From Tetramitus jugosus (Eukaryota > Protista > Heterolobosea), in NCBI GenBank assembly GCA_937625935.1, contig OW569394.1, positions 248,001-312,000 on the forward strand: 64,000 nt of DNA, in the 5' to 3' direction. The notes below the pieces were generated by a model that was not told the origin of the DNA, did no database searches, and saw only the letters and a list, made by a program, of their open reading frames with translations. Below are positions 13,201 through 24,191 of the stretch, piece after piece; the first letter of the stretch is position 1; every line of letters begins with the position of its first letter. Made by a program: the position numbers and the translations under genes.

Positions 13201-15662
13201 AGGATATGAAACTTCTGTTCGTATTTGATACTGCCAAAGCAATAAGCATGTGCTCTTCGAACATCTTTCAGGGACTCGAAGTTGCAAGGAATCGCACATC
13301 ATCGACAACACTTGGCCAGGTATTCAGAAAGAATTTTCAATCCATAGAAAGTATTGGCTCTGCGGTGCTAGAAAATATTGTAGCGGGAACAACAGAACAA
13401 ATACTGCAAACAGATACTTTTTCTGCATCAATATTCCGGGATACTGTAGTCAATATCAATAACAGCACGATTAGAATCGAAGGAGTTACAGATGAGATGT
13501 CCACCTCAATTTTCTTTCCCTCTTCATTTAACTCGACCAATACGACACAAGTCTTTGAATCGACTACAAATGCTCAAGATATTGGAGTGAGGGCATTTAT
13601 TGGTCCATCGCCATACTTTGACTTTTCATCCAACCAAAACATTACATCTCCAGTTTTATCACTTACCTTTGAACAAGGAGATAAAAAACCAAGTGTCAGA
13701 GATTTGATAGAACCGATCATATTTAACATTCCTATTCCATCACCTGGTTTATCATTGTCAAAATTAAATCGGAATGAATCTGAAGCAGGATATAGACCAT
13801 TTTGTAAGTTTTGGGATGAAACGCGAAACTCGTGGAATACAACGGGATGTAAAATGATTGGCTACACAAAGATATATGTTACATGTGCTTGCAATCACAC
13901 GACAAACTTTGCAGCGTTTATTGACTACGCAATTCCTAATCTCCAATTCCTCAACGCTCAAGATTTTCGAAACATCACCAAGTTGAACAAGGATAACATG
14001 GCAACTGTTATTTTGATGGCATCTCTCGCTCTTTGTTATATTGCTTTAGTGACTTTGATTCTAATTTATCGTTTAATCAAGAGAAGTTATGTTAGATACA
14101 AGAAGCAGCAATTGGATGAAGATGAAAGACAAATGAGAAGACCGAAGAAAGAAAAATCAAAAGGAAAACTGAGACATCTCATTGTCTCTTACATATCCGA
14201 ACATCCATATTTTTCTTTGTTCATGAGTGGTGAAGAGAGCTTGGGAAAAATTCGACAACTTACATTAATTTATGTAGGTATTCTGGGAATGTTTACTGGG
14301 AATGCAATCACTTTTGGAACAGAAGATGAAAATGGAATCCAATTCTTGGTAAGCTCTGTTGTGAGTGAGTTGGTAGCCACTCCGTTTGTGATCTTCTTCA
14401 CAACGTTGTTCGTCAGCACTAGACCATTCAAACCTCCCAACAGTGATGACAATTCAGAAGAAGGAGAGTCACAAACCAAAGAACAATATCAATCAACTAA
14501 CTATCCAAGAACGTCTCGGTTCCATGGAAAATATACATCCACCACAGTTGAGGACAGTCCAATGAGAGAGCTCACTGTTGCTCCAAAACGATCCAAGTAT
14601 TCTAAGCTGAAAAAGAAACTCCTTTATCCATTCACTAAGATGCTTGATGTTGGAGATACGGTTACAGACTACATTTTGCTGCATATCATCAAATTAATGG
14701 ACACCGTGACTTGGCAAGGAGCTATATTCTTGATGATGATCAGTTTATTGTACGGTGGCTGTGTTGTTGGTATCATGTACCTATTCCAGTGGAACTTTGG
14801 AAGTTGGTTCAATGCTGATTATCAAATCGGATTTGGAACACTGTTTATTGTGGCTTATTTTGTGTTCTTGGAAGTAACTTATCTTCGAATCAGATACAAC
14901 AAGTTTGTGGAGAGAGACACCCTGATATGGCGACCCAACTTCAAAACGTTTTCATTTGCAAGTCTTGCGAGTCTGTTTTTCTTGCTGTTGGCTTGTGGAC
15001 TCATTCCTGTCTTGTTGTTGGTCACTCCACACAAAACCAAGCATCCATGGTTTCTTCGAGTTCTGTTCATCGAGTGTGGGCTCGTAGTCGTGGCTCTTTC
15101 GGGGATCATATTCATGGCAATACTCATCATGCCGATAACTCACGCAAGTGTCGCAGACGATGATAGCAACAGTACTGACAAAGATACTCAGAGTAGTGTG
15201 TCAAATGATGTAGAAATGTCAGATATCTCCTTGCGCTATGTCTGGACAGATGACAAAGATGGTCACAAGGGCACGCTTGACATTGCACCTGCAAGTGATA
15301 TCACCTCTACAACAAGAAGAAGTAAATCGGTTCTGTATTATCTGAGCAAATGGTGGAACGCTGAGTATTGGTTCCCATGGCCATGTCTATTCCTCTGGTA
15401 TCCTTTGTTCGCTCTGTATGTTGCAGGATGTTCCTTTATTCTCGTACTCTATGGAATAAAGTTTGAACACGAAACCAAGGGATGGGTGCTGGGATGTGGA
15501 ACTGGTGTGGCGGAAGATGTGTTTGTGAAGCCAGTGATTGAGTTTATGATTTCGAATGTCATTTATATTGCAATCATTGAATTCATTGCAGGCATGTTTT
15601 TCAGGAAACGAAAACGATTTGTGGAGCAACAATCAACAATGCCAGATACCTCTTCATTCTAA
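1259..15662 (+). CDS. Giant polycystin-1-like cell-surface receptor (~4,760 aa): signal peptide, 6 RCC1 propellers alternating with EGF-like pairs, EGF stack, REJ/PKD, GAIN/GPS, multi-TM; one frameshift at ~7893-7895
   Basis: Exon 1 (1259-1367, MMKRNKRSLIENSSLLFCLLFVHVYLYCWCFGNVSA) splices through a GTAAGT...TAG intron (1368-1472) in frame into ORF 1451-7906. ORF 7866-15662 continues the same RCC1 blade (GEVY|TWGDNSKGQLG). Motifs: RCC1 (WGxNxxGQLG), EGF-like (CSGHGxC...CxCxxGYxGxxC), REJ-like 'IILDGSHSIDPD', GPS 'CKFWD...CACNHTTNF', and PKD1-like TM segments 'HPYFSLF...QLTLIYVGILGMFTGNAITF' and 'WFPWPCLFLWY...SFILVLYGIKF'. Confidence 0.85.
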
Positions 15663-15674
15663 TGAACATCGTTT

Positions 15675-17388
15675 TTAGTTTAGACCAAACTGTTTCTGCT
15701 GTGCCTCGAGTTTTTGCTTCTCCTTCAAGTATGCCCGATAAGAAACGTCCAGTTTGAACCGAACAAATGTATCATTGTTCATATCACTCATACAAACATT
15801 GTCAATGACTAAGAATAGTTCAGGATTGACCCATCTCTCCTTGTGGTTTGACTTGTTCTGGGACTCTTGAAGCAGTCTGGCTTCATACTCCTTAATTTTA
15901 GCTTCAATAGGCTCCAAAATTTTGTCCTTGTTTGGTAAATTAAGGAGAAGCGGAGAGTCATCCTTGCAGTACTTTCCTATGATTCTCGTTGCCTCGCGTA
16001 TCAACAGCTTGTTGTTGGTATTGCTCGCATCAGCAAAATGACAATTGTCCTCATAGAAACACACTGGCTCTACTACGAGAGAAGATGCACAATATTGTTT
16101 GTAGAGGGCCCTAAAGGAATCATCTTCTAGTACCTCTCTAAGTAACGACACTGGTTCCTCTGATAGTTGCTTATTGTTCTTGGGGAAGAACGATTGAATG
16201 ATGGGCCACAAAGAACTCCAAACCAAGTCAATCAACAATCCAAACAGGCCGTAGAAGACTGCTGGAAACTTTCCTTCTGCTCTGAGATAAAGGAAATCAC
16301 TCAAACCTGTCGTTAGCAATGTTGCTGCAAACGTCGCAGAAATTACGACTAATGATACTGTAATCTCGAAGCGCACTCCCCATTTATCCTTAATCTTGAA
16401 GATGTACAGCATTACTAACAGAACAGCCTGGATACAAAGATAAAATACGATCTGAACACCAATTAGAATGGAACGGGCAATGTCCATTCCACAGACGAAC
16501 CGAAATGCAAACATCTCCTTGAGATTCTTCTGACCCGAGTAGGGAATAAACAGTACTACAAACCAAAGGAGAACTTGTACCATCATCACAACAACAAGCA
16601 CAGGTACTAGAAACTTGTTAGAGAAGAGAAACTTTTGAATGGCAATAGAGCGGGTCTTTCTCTGATTCGATTTAAGGTCCGTGTCCGTCTCTTGACTTGT
16701 ATGTCCATCAAATACCGACTCCTCCATCTCTATCTCCTTAACTAGACTCTTGCGTTCTTGTTGTTTCTTCTTGTGACTCATATTGCCCTTCAACTGGCTG
16801 ATCCTGAAAATGAAGAAGAGTCGCCACATTCGAAAGATTGAAGGAAGAAAAAAGTTTGGCACATCTATTGAGAAAACAACTGAATACAAGATGCATGGAT
16901 ATCTCCAGCGTCCAACTCCCAATCGAACTGCAAACCCTCCAGTTAGTGATCCGAGTTACTCGACAACAAGTGTAAACTAAACTCACTGAAAAAAACCTAC
17001 CTACAGATGTCACTACGATCACAAACTGAGATACAACCGTTAGAATCATCAACAGATGATTTCTTGCCTTGATAGGTTGCTTGTTTCGTCTCCATATCAA
17101 CAGAATAATCAGCATTGGAGTCACTAGAGCATAGAAACTAACAAAGAGCCATGAGAGTACTGGCGAGCTCCATGCATCTCTGTTTACACAAAAAGGTTAA
17201 CATTGCCTATTCTACTGCAGCATTTACGAAACACTTTGTGCCACAATGGCTGCGCTACTCTGCTGACATGTCAACACATACCTGTTCAACTCAACCATCT
17301 TTCCAGTGATTGTAGTATAGTTGTACGCTTCATTCCATCCATCTCTCCATGATAATACTCCATCCATATGGTTCGTTTCAGAGTACAT
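15675..17388 (-). CDS. 7TM-RGS protein (multi-pass membrane domain plus C-terminal regulator of G-protein signalling domain)
   Basis: Three exons (17388-17282, 17179-17001, 16927-15675) join in frame across GT-AG introns, one with a CACTAAC branch site. 'WRRNKQPIKAR' motif after TM1, about seven hydrophobic helices, and an RGS signature 'LREVLEDDSFRALYKQYC...EPVCFYED...IIGKYCKDDSPLLLNL...DTFVRFK'. Confidence 0.85.
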
Positions 17389-17729
17389 CTTCTTTCTTTG
17401 TGTCAGTTGTTTGTGTTACTCGTTTATCTTGGAATCTAAGAGCAATGATAATGTGAAACGTATGCTCGAGGAATAGACAATGTGCCCTGTGGGGATTGGC
17501 CCTCCAAGAGCCAACAGCATGCTTGCCCTCTTTTAGCAATTTGCTACCGAACGGGTGTCAAAGGACTCTGGAACTATGAGCGGAAAATCAGAGGAAAACG
17601 GAGGACACAAGAAACATGCGCAGTCGCAGCACTTTGGAAGGTGCGAGGTGCCATGTGAGTCACATCTGTGGGTTAACCATACGAAAGTCGACGCTTTATT
17701 CAGATATTCGGCCGAACCACTGGAATGCG

Positions 17730-19022
17730 TCATGTGTCTTCATCGTCAGAGAAGGCACAGACTACAGTCACATCGCACAAAAGTTGGCCCAGGCGCAACA
17801 TGTTGAGGGTGCTCCTCTGTAACGAGCGCTTTACAACAGCTTGATGTATAATTGTTGTAAAGTAAGAGCCTGTCAATTGAACAAAGGTGTTTTCGTCCTG
17901 ATCAATCTTCGGCCGAAAGCTCAACTCCTCGGGTGCCATTTGATGATCGTGACCTTCTGACACCTTGTACACGGTCTTTCCAGAGCGAACGTACATTCGG
18001 ACTTGTCCAGCGCCTATTTGATTCACTGGACCCAACGAGTGCAAAGTAACAATCTTTGATTCATATCCACCCAAGTGAACCAATCCATCTGCATCGAGAG
18101 CAATGTACCTCATCCAAGAACAACAAACATCGATAACAGGTACCTTATGTAGAGTTTCTACATGCATAAAGTCTTCTTTTACTCCTGCTGCAGTGAACAA
18201 AGTACCCTTGTAATCCAACAGAACTGAAAACGCTTCTCCTCCATCGATTTTCTTGCATTGGAAATCGACCGGACTCCTGTCAAGTGTCTCTGGATGAATA
18301 TAATGCATGAGTGATAGGTTTGGATCCATTTGTTCTCCGAGTGACACACCTCGATGAGAGTTAGACTGTCCCAAATAGTACATTTTCATCGTGATTTGGT
18401 CTTGCATGAGTAAAAATCGATTGCCACATCCCATCTTGTATATTCGATAGTCATCATGCATGATGACTTCTCTGGGCTCAAGTTTAGTCTTGGATCGCTT
18501 GCTTTGGTCACTTGCAATAAAATACTGAATAATCTTGTCCCTGAACTGCCGAACAAGGTTACCACAAGTGAACACTTTTCCCTTGTCACTCAAGAAGGCA
18601 GAGAACCATCCACCAGCTCCCACATACTCAATCCTCTGATCTTCAATCACTCCCTGGACCAGCGTAGGATGCCTTGTCTTTGTACAATGACCCAGACCCA
18701 ACTGTCCATCATCGTTGTCACCCAGTGTCCAACACCTACCATTAAACTCCAATAGAATGACGTGCAAAGAGCCGCATGCAACTTGTTTAATGTGCCTCTG
18801 ACCTTGACTCATTAGCCACTGTTCTCCTTCATGATCCACAGTATAGCCATCTTGTCGTACCTTGACCTCTTCAGTCTCATGATCGAACTCCCTTCCCAGC
18901 ACAGTCAAACAAGTTGACTGTATGTCGGGTGACCACAGTTCACCAGATTCCCCTCTACCCATACCTAACAGTACGGAAGTACCAGGTATTATATCATTGG
19001 TTGTTTCTCCTTGGACGTGCAT
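17730..19022 (-). CDS. RCC1-repeat protein (cytosolic)
   Basis: RCC1 blades 'IKQVACGSLHVILL...LGDNDDGQLGLG' and 'GAGGWFSAFL'; no signal peptide; C-terminal 'LLCDVTVV' resembles a truncated BTB start. Confidence 0.75.
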   Translation of the reverse strand: MHVQGETTNDIIPGTSVLLGMGRGESGELWSPDIQSTCLTVLGREFDHETEEVKVRQDGYTVDHEGEQWLMSQGQRHIKQVACGSLHVILLEFNGRCWTLGDNDDGQLGLGHCTKTRHPTLVQGVIEDQRIEYVGAGGWFSAFLSDKGKVFTCGNLVRQFRDKIIQYFIASDQSKRSKTKLEPREVIMHDDYRIYKMGCGNRFLLMQDQITMKMYYLGQSNSHRGVSLGEQMDPNLSLMHYIHPETLDRSPVDFQCKKIDGGEAFSVLLDYKGTLFTAAGVKEDFMHVETLHKVPVIDVCCSWMRYIALDADGLVHLGGYESKIVTLHSLGPVNQIGAGQVRMYVRSGKTVYKVSEGHDHQMAPEELSFRPKIDQDENTFVQLTGSYFTTIIHQAVVKRSLQRSTLNMLRLGQLLCDVTVVCAFSDDEDT

Positions 19023-19133
19023 TCCACTTCTTTTGTTTTCAACTTTTGTCCCACAAGGATGTTCTGAACTTGGTCGTAGAATTAAAGAGAGCGAAAAATA
19101 TTTATTTTTGGGTTCTACGAGAAAACTGGCACG

Positions 19134-21896
19134 TTAGTGTGGTGCCGAAAAGTCACGAGCCTTGTTAGGGCCCAACCTTTTGTACAAAACAAAACCGAAC
19201 ACTCCTGTGATGACCAATACAACGATGACAACCGCAGCCGCAGACAATCCAATGACTGCCTTGGCCCAAGTTGGTAGCTTTTTGCGAGGACAACCACATG
19301 GATTGGTACAAGTTCCAGAGTAATTGTTGGTTTCATCTTCTGTGGCCGATTGGACATAGTCCAGAGAGATGGCATGAGTCACAGGTTCGTGACACAGACA
19401 TGAGACTGAGTTTGAATCAGGCACAACTGCAGTTCGGCAAACTTGAGTATCTATCTGCCAAGTTTGTGTCTCTGGGATATAGAACTTGCAGATGAAGGAA
19501 TAAGAGGTCGAGTTCACTGGTATCGATTGAGTCACACCCATTGTTGTAGTGAACACTGGATCAACACTGCCTGTTCTCAAAATTTGCTGTTGAGAGTCCT
19601 TGTATAGTGTGAGGGACACTGTAGGTGACACAATTTTGCTGTTGCACTTGTTGTTGTACTCCTCTGGTGGATCTGATAGTACTTGACCCTGAACATGAAT
19701 TGGAGCAGTATCACCACCAATGTTACTTGTATTTACCTCGACAACAATCGGCTCTTCAGCACTGCTCAACCGGAGTGCTCTGGACTTCTTGCCATCTGAT
19801 GGCTTTGGAATGGTTAGAGTGACATTGGGACTAGTCACACTTGTTTTTGCCATGACAGTCTCCAAGTTGTGCATTGAAAGACTAGTTTGTTGACCTTCTA
19901 CCAAACTGGATCGTACCTTGGTAGACACTTCATCCACTAAGCCGATAAAAGAACTCTTCTGTTCTGTGTCACTCTTCTTATCAATCATAACAGTGGCAAG
20001 ATTCTGAGTAGCTGCAATTGCTTGATCCAACACATCGGAAATATCAGCTCCCTTGATCGTATCCGTCAAAACTCCAGTTGATTGAAGTGTCGCAGTTTTC
20101 TTGAATCGCTTCACCTCATTGGACAACAACTTAACGTTTTGAATCTTCTTTTCAGCAGTAAGTCCATCCCTACGCTGATCAATCGTATTCACAACATCTG
20201 AAATGATGTTTTGTGTTTTTGAACTACTCAATGTTGCTGCAATGGTTGTCGTAGCAGAAGACAACACTGTCAATCCAGATTCCAAGTCGGCTCCTGTGGC
20301 TGTCTTCAACTGCTCCTGTTTATCACCGACGGCCGATGACAATTCACCAGATGACAATGCAGTTACCTCAACAGTATCTTGCATCTCGATTGAGTGACCA
20401 GATGCTGAACGACCTTGAACGATCAAAGTGATGGTTCCAGTGGTGGGCAACGCTGTCTTGAACGTGTTTGTCGAGGAGAATGAATTGATGAACACAACTT
20501 CATTCATCGATGGATCCACGTAACCGAAACGATACTCTAACGTATCAAGACTTTCTGTTGGTTTCCAATTCTTTGCCTCCAATGTGAACGTATCGACCAA
20601 TAGCTTTCCACTCTTGGGATTAACGTCCAAAGTGCCCATCACTGGCGCAACACTCGAATGAAAATTCAAGTACGAGTAGACGGCATTGTTAGGGTACATT
20701 TTGAGTGACATTTTGAATCTTAATCGATAACTTGTGTTCTCCTTCAATGAATTTGGCATGACTGAGAGGAATCTCGAGTCGATACCTGTTCCCGAAGTTG
20801 TACTAATCGATACAGATGTATTGGTCAAAGATTCAACCAATGACCACTCAAAATTCAATGTATTGTACTCGTCCATTGGTTCAATAGTTGCCTCTGCCTT
20901 CAACAATGTTTGTAAATTGAAGAATTGAGGTGCAAAAACAAGATTTGAACTCAAGGAGATGGTCATTGGCTTTTGACACTTGGAACCAGTGAAACCCGTA
21001 TCACAAATACAGTGTGTAAAATAATCGTCGCAGTCACCACGATTCGAACAAGTCACTGTTCGATTGACACATGTAATGTAAGGTCGAACTTTGAGTGTAA
21101 CCATCTCTGATGAATAATAAAATTCAGTGAGAGAAGACCAAACAATACCATCAGCATAGCTCGTTGTCGTTCCATTCAAGTACAATCCGTTCAAATTGGA
21201 CGAATGACAAGATCTATACCACCAAGCTCCCTTAAAAGCTTTAGCACAATTGATAGTACCTCGATCATAGGTTGAAAATGGCATTCCGTTGTGATACGAT
21301 AGAGAATCTCCAGCGCAGGGTCTTTTGATACATCTTGAAGTTCCTGACTGTAACGTGTAGTTGGTAGGTGGTGGACCCACACCAAATTCAGTGTAATCCT
21401 GAGTGTACATTTGACCCTTGAAGGCCACCTCTACCCGTAAATGGTGATTGTAAGGATGATTGTCCAACCCCGCCACGGAATACAATTTTCCGAGTCCGAG
21501 CCAATGAGAGTTGGTCACGTTGCCAAATCCAGCATCATACGAACTGTAGTTGCGATAAAATGAGACGTTGAAACCCATGGAAGGTTCCCTTTGCTGGAAA
21601 AGTGTCCAACCAGAGAATCCAAAGGCATCTACATCGTCCATGTCGCAAAAAGCTTCAAAAATATTGCTGTTGCTATCTGTCAACCAATACACTCCAGAAA
21701 TACTGCTTGCATCGGAGCGATGAATAGCAAAGCAAGAACTGGCGGGGTTATTTAAGGCGCCAAGTGGGTCAACCGGCAGAACAGCTTCAACTTGACCTGA
21801 GAGATTCTGAAGCTGATGGAGGCTCATGAGCAGTAGAGTCATAGTCATGGCAACTACAATGAACTTTGTAAACAATGAAAGTCTTGTTCTCTGCAT
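19134..21896 (-). CDS. Type I membrane protein: signal peptide, fibrinogen C-terminal (FReD) domain, EGF-like, REJ-like, GAIN/degenerate GPS, single TM
   Basis: FReD motifs 'AFCDM...GWTLFQQR', 'FYRNYSSYDAGFG...HWLGL', 'GDSLSYHNGMPFSTYDR', 'CA..FKGAWWY.SCH.SNLNGLY', 'GIVW'. Followed by an EGF module, REJ-like 'P..GTLDVNPKSG..LVDTFTLEA.NW...LEYRFGY', 'FICKFY...W...C...SCLC' and a C-terminal TM helix. Confidence 0.85.
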   Translation of the reverse strand: MQRTRLSLFTKFIVVAMTMTLLLMSLHQLQNLSGQVEAVLPVDPLGALNNPASSCFAIHRSDASSISGVYWLTDSNSNIFEAFCDMDDVDAFGFSGWTLFQQREPSMGFNVSFYRNYSSYDAGFGNVTNSHWLGLGKLYSVAGLDNHPYNHHLRVEVAFKGQMYTQDYTEFGVGPPPTNYTLQSGTSRCIKRPCAGDSLSYHNGMPFSTYDRGTINCAKAFKGAWWYRSCHSSNLNGLYLNGTTTSYADGIVWSSLTEFYYSSEMVTLKVRPYITCVNRTVTCSNRGDCDDYFTHCICDTGFTGSKCQKPMTISLSSNLVFAPQFFNLQTLLKAEATIEPMDEYNTLNFEWSLVESLTNTSVSISTTSGTGIDSRFLSVMPNSLKENTSYRLRFKMSLKMYPNNAVYSYLNFHSSVAPVMGTLDVNPKSGKLLVDTFTLEAKNWKPTESLDTLEYRFGYVDPSMNEVVFINSFSSTNTFKTALPTTGTITLIVQGRSASGHSIEMQDTVEVTALSSGELSSAVGDKQEQLKTATGADLESGLTVLSSATTTIAATLSSSKTQNIISDVVNTIDQRRDGLTAEKKIQNVKLLSNEVKRFKKTATLQSTGVLTDTIKGADISDVLDQAIAATQNLATVMIDKKSDTEQKSSFIGLVDEVSTKVRSSLVEGQQTSLSMHNLETVMAKTSVTSPNVTLTIPKPSDGKKSRALRLSSAEEPIVVEVNTSNIGGDTAPIHVQGQVLSDPPEEYNNKCNSKIVSPTVSLTLYKDSQQQILRTGSVDPVFTTTMGVTQSIPVNSTSYSFICKFYIPETQTWQIDTQVCRTAVVPDSNSVSCLCHEPVTHAISLDYVQSATEDETNNYSGTCTNPCGCPRKKLPTWAKAVIGLSAAAVVIVVLVITGVFGFVLYKRLGPNKARDFSAPH

Positions 21897-22380
21897 TTTT
21901 ACTTTCTGATATGGTTGGACGGTGTGCTGTGTCTAAGAATTTAAACTTGGATGTCAAAAACGCACACTAGAGAGAGTAGAGCTAATTCAAGAAGAGTTGT
22001 CTTTTCGATTGGGGGTCTATCTGATTGGTTTTGTTTTTCAAACGAAACGAATGGAAAGACAAGAAATTCCACAGCCACGCCACACCTCCCAGGTGTGTGA
22101 GTTTGTAGTGTAAAGACCAAAGTTTGTCTTATGAGTGTCTTCTCCTCCCCTTAAAGTTCTTATGTAGTCAATCCCTAACACATCATGTGTCGTAGATGAC
22201 AACTAGTCGGAGTATTATTGACGCTTGACTTCAGGCATCAAAAAATCCCGCGAAGACCTATCATTGATTCCACCAAAATTGCATTTTCCAATAACGCCGC
22301 CACTGCGCAAAACCACCAAAACAAATTGTTCTTCAAAAAAAAAAATTTGAAAAAAATCAGAGAAAGGCAACGCACATACC

Positions 22381-23349
22381 ATGGGAAATAAAATTAACAG
22401 TCAAATCAACCAGCTAAGAAATATCAATGTCACACTCAAACTAGATCTCGATAATTGTGATGTGACTGATAAGCACTTGGTCAAAATGTCTGAAATGTTG
22501 AGACCGAACAGAGGATGTTATGAACTTCATTTGAAACAGAATTGGTTCACAGCCGAAGGATTGAAGCACCTCGGAGATGCACTTGCAGTGAACAAGGGAT
22601 TGAAGAGACTTTATTTGGGTAGTAATCCACAGATGGGTGATCAAGGATGCATTACCCTTGCTTCAGCACGTATGTTGTTGTGACATTTGAATGTACTTTG
22701 GAGTCGCACGATTCGTTCGGATTTTTTGGCAGTTGACTGACGTGAATTTTTCCGTTTGCTTCCGATCCGAAAATGGATTTTTTTTTGCCGCGTGAACGGT
22801 TTTTTTTTGTTGTTTACAGTCAAGAGATCGACGACGTTGGGCGTGTTGGATTTGGCTTCGTGTGGCATTGGAGCCGGTGGTGCAAAAGCTTTGGGTCAAG
22901 CTCTCTCATTGAACAAGTCTCTACACACATTGTACTTGAATGAGAATCCAGCCATTGGTTCAGAAGGTATCAAGGATCTCTGTGAAGGCTTAACTGAAAA
23001 TCAAAGACTAAAAATTGTTGATGTTGGTAATTGTAACATTGGTGATATGGGATGTATCGCCATATCTGAATGGGTCTCTCAAACAAGTATCGTGGAGCAA
23101 CTTTACTTGAGAAAGAATGAAATTACGGCTAGAGGTTCAACGGCACTTGCCAATGCTCTTGCTACAAAGAATAGAAGCTTGAAGCTATTGAATTTGGATT
23201 ATAATCAGATTGGAGATGAGGGAGCTCGTCCGTTCATGCTTGTCATCAGAGAAAATGATAAAATTGAAAAGATTGAGTTTGATGATAAGAGTATATCAGA
23301 TGAATGGAAACAAGAGTTCCAGACACGTTTGGCGCGAAAACAGGCGTAA
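22381..23349 (+). CDS. RNI-like leucine-rich-repeat protein (NLRC3/CARMIL-type LRRs), possibly N-myristoylated
   Basis: Exons 22381-22669 and 22820-23349 join in frame across a GTATGT...TTACAG intron. 28-residue LRRs of the form 'L..L.L..N.IG.EG...L..AL..N'; N-terminus MGNKINS. Confidence 0.85.
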
Positions 23350-23426
23350 AGTTGAAACGTTCTGTTTTTTTTGTAAAGTTGTATTTTGTAAAAAAACTGT
23401 TTTATTCTTTAAGTGTGTTGGTTAGT

Positions 23427-23921
23427 TTACAATGGATGTTGTTGGTGTTCTTCTCTGTTCAATTTTGCTTCTAAATTCTCCTCCACTTTTTCTCTCTTTT
23501 GACTGTTTCTCCTTGAAGGATAACTGTTTCGCACTGTTTCTTCAATCTTGTCCTCAATTTCACTTCTCATCCAAGAGGCAGTGTCCAGATCAGACGAGTA
23601 CTTTTCTAGTTCTGCCATTGCTTGTTTACGCTCCTTCTTATCCATGTCTAGTCCTTCTTGAATGTGACCGTTGTGATCCTTTCTCTTGACTCCGGCGTCT
23701 TTTGCGTGGTCAACCTTGTCTTGATGAATAGAAGATGGTTGTTGAATGACAGTTTCTTCTTCTTCTTCGACCCAGTGATTGTCATGTGTCGCATAGGTAG
23801 AATCACAAATATTCCTCTTTGCGAGACATTGTAATGGAGTTTGTTTGAGAGAGGTCTGGGAACCGCGTCGAAGCAATTGATTCACAATTGTAGAGTATTG
23901 TAACTTGTTTCTTGGAAGCAT
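23427..23921 (-). CDS. Hypothetical protein with a mitochondrial-presequence-like N-terminus
   Basis: First ATG gives MLPRNKLQYSTIVNQLLRRGSQ... (Arg-rich, no acidic residues), followed by a charged hydrophilic region. No family recognised. Confidence 0.5.
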   Translation of the reverse strand: MLPRNKLQYSTIVNQLLRRGSQTSLKQTPLQCLAKRNICDSTYATHDNHWVEEEEETVIQQPSSIHQDKVDHAKDAGVKRKDHNGHIQEGLDMDKKERKQAMAELEKYSSDLDTASWMRSEIEDKIEETVRNSYPSRRNSQKREKVEENLEAKLNREEHQQHPL

Positions 23922-24191
23922 TTTGATGAATGAATAACTTTGAACGTTGTTTTGATACAAATTTATGTGATCCCGATTTTATGTGATGATCTCACAAAAC
24001 GAAACGTTGTATCGACATGTTTATTTTTGGTACATACTCGTTGAAAAATACACTTGATAATACAGGAGTTTCTTCGAAGTAGTTGTAGCAACTTTTGAAG
24101 TAATAATTCGTTGTAAAATTACTCCATCTAACTTTACTAGATAGGATTTTTCCTTCATCATATCTGCAATACAGTTTGTACTGCTCTCTGT

